Part shown: in pieces, positions 60,039-64,000 of the stretch
Position numbering within the stretch: position 1 is the first letter of the stretch
Layout: each line of letters opens with the position of its first letter
NCBI GenBank assembly: GCA_965204745.1
Contig: OZ242010.1
Span: 5,312,001 to 5,376,000, forward strand
DNA: 64,000 nt
Reading direction: 5' to 3'
Source: Candidatus Latescibacterota bacterium
Lineage (GTDB): Bacteria; Latescibacterota; UBA2968
The notes under the pieces: generated by a model
What the model was told of the DNA's origin: nothing
The model's input: the letters and a program-made list of their open reading frames with translations, nothing else
The model's database searches: none
Translations under genes and position numbers: made by a program

Positions 60039-62225
60039 ATGAACAATACGTCTGTCTCACGCGATCAGGTCTTGGCCGTTGCGCGCCAGCAATCCAAGCA
60101 CCCGCTCAAAATGCGCGAACTCGCCCGCGCCCTTTCCGTACCCGATAGAAATTATCCAGCATTTCGCAACCTGATTCGCCGCATGGTGCGCGACGGTAGC
60201 CTCGTCAAGTTGCGCCACAACAAGTACGGCCTGCCATCCGCCCACGGCCACGCGGTTGGTCGCATCGCCATCCAAATTAGTGGCTACGGCTTGGTCGCGC
60301 CCGAAGACGGAGGCGAGGAGATTTTTGTCGCGGCGAAACACCTCGGGCAGGCCCTACACGGCGACCGCGTTGTGGTGCGCGTCACCTGCGGGGCATGGGG
60401 CGACAATCGGCCAGAAGGCGAGTTGATTCGCATCGTTGCACGCGCCGAGCAGCGCGTGGTGGGCACATATTTCGATAAGAGGTTCGGCTTTTTTGTCTCT
60501 GACGATCCGCGTATCCAAATCGACATTCCCATCCCCAAGGACCCGCCCCACAGAGCCGAGCACGGCCAAAAGGTCGTGGTTCATCTCACATTTCCCGCTG
60601 TTCACGCGCCTCCCCAAGCGCGGATTGTCGAAGTCTTGGGCGATTCCGACGATCCGAACATCGAGACCCTGGTCTTCATCAAAAAACGCGGCCTTCCCCT
60701 CGAGTTTCCCGGTCCTGTACTCGATGCGGCAGACGCGGCTCCGCAACACATCCCACCCGCTGAAATTGAACGTCGCCTCGACTTGCGCGCCCTGACCTGT
60801 TTTACTATCGACCCGGCAGACGCACGCGATCACGACGACGCCGTGTCCCTGCAAGTCTTGGACGACGGGAACTACTGCTTGGGCATTCACATCGCCGACG
60901 TCAGCCACTACGTGCCCGAGGGTTCGCCCCTCGACCGCGAGGCGATAGAGCGCGGTTGTAGCGTTTATCTGCCCGACCGCGTGATCCCAATGTTGCCGGA
61001 AAAACTCTCTGCGAATATCTGTTCCCTGCGCCCGTGCGAAGACCGCCTGACCATGAGCATCCTGGCGCGCATCGCGCCCGAAGGCGAGTTGATCGACGCG
61101 CAGATTGCAGAAACGATAATCCGCAGTCGCGGCCGCCTGTCTTATGAAGACGTGCAAGATGTGCTCGACCAGCGCGACGGCGACAACCCCGCCCAGGCCT
61201 TTGCCGATATCCTCAAGCGCATGGACGCGCTGCGAAGTGGGCTAATGGCGAACCGCAGAAACAGAGGCGCGGTTGATTTTGAAATTCCCGAACCGCAGAT
61301 CGTCCTCGATGACGAGGGCCAGCCCATCCATATTCATCCGCGTGCCCGACTGAACAGCCACCGCCTCATCGAAGAATTTATGCTCTTGGGCAATGAAATC
61401 GTCGCCCGATACATGACCGAACGCGGCATGCCCATTCTCTACCGCGTACACGAACCGCCCGATAGCGAAAAACTCGCGGCGTTTTTCAGCATGGGCAAAG
61501 CCCTGGGCTATCGCCTGTCCAAGCAAGCGCTGACAAGGGGTAAGTCAGCATCCACGCGGCGCGGCACCATCCAGCAATTTCTCGACGAGTTCAAGGGCAA
61601 ACCCATCGGCCATATCTTGTGCAACCGCCTGTTGCGCTCGATGAAAAAAGCGGTCTATACACCCGTCAACCGCGGTCATTTTGGGTTGGCCTGCGATACT
61701 TATACGCACTTCACGTCGCCGATTCGCCGCTATCCCGATCTGATCCTCCACCGCGCCCTCCGAGACGCGCTCAACGACGCGACCACGCCGACCAGCATGG
61801 CGCGCCTCGCCCGTCGCCTGCCCGATATTGGCGACTTGACGACCGAGCGCGAAATCGCCGCGCAAAGGGCCGAGTGGGATGCTGTTCAGTTGATGCAAAT
61901 TCTCTATCTCGAAAACAAAATAGGCCGGCATTTTGATGCCACTATCGTAGATGTGCGTCCCATCGGCTTTTTTGTGCAACTTTGCGATGTGCTCATCGAG
62001 GGTTTGGTTCACGTCAAATATCTCGACGACGATTATTATACTTATCGCGAATTGCAAGGTACGCTCGTTGGCGACTACACCGGGAAGACCTTTCGAATCG
62101 GGGATTCGGTTCGCGTGCAACTCGCCCAACTCGACCGCCAACGCCTACGGATCGACTTCCACCTCTTGTCGCACAGGAAAAATAACAACCCCAAACGCAG
62201 TCGGAAAAGACGCGGGAGCAGGTAA
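60039..62225 (+). CDS. rnr: Ribonuclease R
   Basis: FTIDPADARDHDDA, HIADVS, LIEEFML, HFTSPIRRYPDL, S1 domain, basic tail. Confidence 0.95.
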   Translation: MNNTSVSRDQVLAVARQQSKHPLKMRELARALSVPDRNYPAFRNLIRRMVRDGSLVKLRHNKYGLPSAHGHAVGRIAIQISGYGLVAPEDGGEEIFVAAKHLGQALHGDRVVVRVTCGAWGDNRPEGELIRIVARAEQRVVGTYFDKRFGFFVSDDPRIQIDIPIPKDPPHRAEHGQKVVVHLTFPAVHAPPQARIVEVLGDSDDPNIETLVFIKKRGLPLEFPGPVLDAADAAPQHIPPAEIERRLDLRALTCFTIDPADARDHDDAVSLQVLDDGNYCLGIHIADVSHYVPEGSPLDREAIERGCSVYLPDRVIPMLPEKLSANICSLRPCEDRLTMSILARIAPEGELIDAQIAETIIRSRGRLSYEDVQDVLDQRDGDNPAQAFADILKRMDALRSGLMANRRNRGAVDFEIPEPQIVLDDEGQPIHIHPRARLNSHRLIEEFMLLGNEIVARYMTERGMPILYRVHEPPDSEKLAAFFSMGKALGYRLSKQALTRGKSASTRRGTIQQFLDEFKGKPIGHILCNRLLRSMKKAVYTPVNRGHFGLACDTYTHFTSPIRRYPDLILHRALRDALNDATTPTSMARLARRLPDIGDLTTEREIAAQRAEWDAVQLMQILYLENKIGRHFDATIVDVRPIGFFVQLCDVLIEGLVHVKYLDDDYYTYRELQGTLVGDYTGKTFRIGDSVRVQLAQLDRQRLRIDFHLLSHRKNNNPKRSRKRRGSR

Positions 62226-62316
62226 TTTTGAACCTTTATCGCGCTCAAACATTAAAGGCCATATATTTTTCGGTTGATGTATCAACGGCCCTGCGGTCAC
62301 TTCAAAGGAGGAAGTC

Positions 62317-62847
62317 ATGATAACGAGACTTTTGGTCATCTTCGTTTTGATGTTGTTTTCAGGTGTTGCTTTTGGTGCTTCACCTAATCCGAGTGTTGAA
62401 GAAAGATTGGCGATACTCGAGACAAAATTTGATGCGTTGAGCAAACAGATCGAAGCCAATCATCAATCCACACTCAAGTTGATTGAAGTCAGTAATGAAG
62501 CAACGAACAAGCGGATCGATGCCAGCAATGAAGCAACGAACAAGCGGATTGATGCGTTGAGCAAACAGATCGAAGCCAATCATCAATTCATACTCAAGTT
62601 GATTGAAGTCACCAATGAAGCAACGAACAAGCGGATTGATGCCAGCAATGAAGCAACGAACAAGCGGATTGATACCTTAAATAATTGGGGGATTGCGCTA
62701 TTCGCGGGTGTCTTGGCGTGGACTGGGGTTTTCATAACCCATGCGTTGGGGTTTTGGGGCGTTTCTAAACGCGACAACGCTGTGACAACGCCAACAGACG
62801 CCGATAGGCCAGAAGCGAGCCCAGTGATACAATCCGCTGATGCATGA
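62317..62847 (+). CDS. Signal peptide, 11-residue coiled coil and C-terminal TM protein, copy 1
   Basis: AAGGAGG RBS; EATNKRIDASN repeats; TM WGIALFAGVLAWTGVFI. Confidence 0.8.
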   Translation: MITRLLVIFVLMLFSGVAFGASPNPSVEERLAILETKFDALSKQIEANHQSTLKLIEVSNEATNKRIDASNEATNKRIDALSKQIEANHQFILKLIEVTNEATNKRIDASNEATNKRIDTLNNWGIALFAGVLAWTGVFITHALGFWGVSKRDNAVTTPTDADRPEASPVIQSADA

Positions 62848-62928
62848 TGGGTCGGTTGTCCTATTTGGTCGCGTGAACCGATAAAACGCGCCTACAACGG
62901 CCCTGCGGTCACTTCAAAGGAGGAAGTC

Positions 62929-63459
62929 ATGACAACGAGACTTTTGGTCATCTTCGTTTTGGTATTGTTTTCAGGTGTTGCATTTGGTGCTTCACCTAAT
63001 CCGAGTGTTGAAGAAAGATTGGCGATACTCGAGACCAAATTTGATGCGTTGAGCAAACAGATCGAAGCCAATCATCAATCCACACTCAAGTTGATAGAAG
63101 TCACCAATGAAGCAACGAACAAGCGGATTGATGCCAGCAATGAAGCAACGAATAAGCGGATTGATGCCAGCAATGAAGCAACGAACAAGCGAATTGATGC
63201 CTTGAGCAAACAGATTGAAGCCAATCATCAATCCATACTCAAGTTGATTGAAGTCACCAATGAAGCAACGAACAAGCGGATTGATACCTTGAATAATTGG
63301 GGGATTGCGCTATTCGCGGGTGTCTTGGCGTGGACTGGGGTTTTCATAACCCATGCGTTGGGGTTTTGGGGCGTTTCTAAACGCGATAATACTGTGACAG
63401 CGACAACAGACGTCAATAGGCCAGAAGCGACCCCAGTGATACAATCCGCTGATGCATGA
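62929..63459 (+). CDS. Coiled-coil membrane protein, copy 2
   Basis: As copy 1, with a different module arrangement. Confidence 0.8.
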   Translation: MTTRLLVIFVLVLFSGVAFGASPNPSVEERLAILETKFDALSKQIEANHQSTLKLIEVTNEATNKRIDASNEATNKRIDASNEATNKRIDALSKQIEANHQSILKLIEVTNEATNKRIDTLNNWGIALFAGVLAWTGVFITHALGFWGVSKRDNTVTATTDVNRPEATPVIQSADA

Positions 63460-63542
63460 TGGGTCGGTTGTCCTATTTGGTCGTGTGAACACCGATAAAA
63501 CGCGCTTACAATGGTCCTGCGGTCACTTCAAAGGAGGAAGTC

Positions 63543-64000
63543 ATGACAACGAGACTTTTGGTCGTATTCGTTTTGATGTTGTTTTCAGGTGTTGCATTTG
63601 GTGCTTCACCTAATCCGAGTGTTGAAGAAAGATTGGCGATACTCGAGACCAAATTTGATGCGTTGAGCAAGCAAATTGAGGCCAATCGTCAGGCCACACT
63701 CAAGTTGATTGAAGTCACCAATGAAGCAACGAACAAGCGGATTGATGCCAGCAATGAAGCAACGAACAAGCGAATTGATGCCTTGAGCAAGCAGATTGAA
63801 GCCAATCATCAATCCATACTCAAGTTGATTGAAGTCACCAATGAAGCAACGAACAAGCGGATTGATACCTTGAATAATTGGGGGATTGCGCTATTCGCGG
63901 GTGTCTTGGCGTGGACTGGGGTTTTCATAACCCATGCGTTGGGGTTTTGGGGCGTTTCTAAACGCGACAACGCTGTGACAGCGACAACAGACGCCGATAG
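63543..64000 (+). CDS. Coiled-coil membrane protein, copy 3 (truncated by window end)
   Basis: ATG 63543 with the same RBS; one 33-bp module shorter; absent from the ORF track because there is no stop in the window. Confidence 0.8.
   Translation, partial: MTTRLLVVFVLMLFSGVAFGASPNPSVEERLAILETKFDALSKQIEANRQATLKLIEVTNEATNKRIDASNEATNKRIDALSKQIEANHQSILKLIEVTNEATNKRIDTLNNWGIALFAGVLAWTGVFITHALGFWGVSKRDNAVTATTDAD

Larger units (their letters stand above)
62283..64000 (+). repeat. Tandem array of about 612-bp gene units (at least 3, continues off window)
   Basis: Unit starts at 62283, 62895 and 63509. Confidence 0.95.

Noticed and set aside
62283-64000. Integron cassette array or diversity-generating retroelement
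   Set aside because: No convincing RYYYAAC...GTTRRRY attC pairing, no integrase or RT nearby, and differences between copies are not adenine-specific.

Overview
This is a GC-rich bacterial window. The lineage is probably Latescibacterota/Handelsmanbacteria-like, inferred from the C-terminal double EF-hand/dockerin-like tail, three PhyH dioxygenases and the giant M28-FtsX/OPT pair. Core genes include uvrA, yicC-gmk-rpoZ-coaBC-udg-dnaB-radA-kptA-DAC, moxR, groES-groEL with a perfect CIRCE, sodN, rnr and an Opp/Dpp-type ABC operon. Accessory loci are interleaved with them: a convergent type II RM pair, a tnpB-only IS607-like element with definable ends, a solo mcrB inserted inside the ABC operon, a HigBA-like TA pair and a putative nucleotidyltransferase pair. 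The most interesting locus is a candidate anti-phage unit at 21.8-25.4 kb: promoter, structured leader, unknown 599-aa protein, hidden 54-aa Gly/Lys-rich ORF, prokaryotic viperin, truncated CMPK2-like kinase, terminator. The window ends in a tandem array of at least 3 near-identical coiled-coil membrane-protein genes with shuffled 33-bp modules. Many intergenic regions carry composite repeats: heptamer tracts with variable G-rich spacers, a palindromic GAACTGGCTGTCGCCAGTTGTACCCC unit, and GTAG-type REPs. All calls are by eye from motifs; no searches were run.
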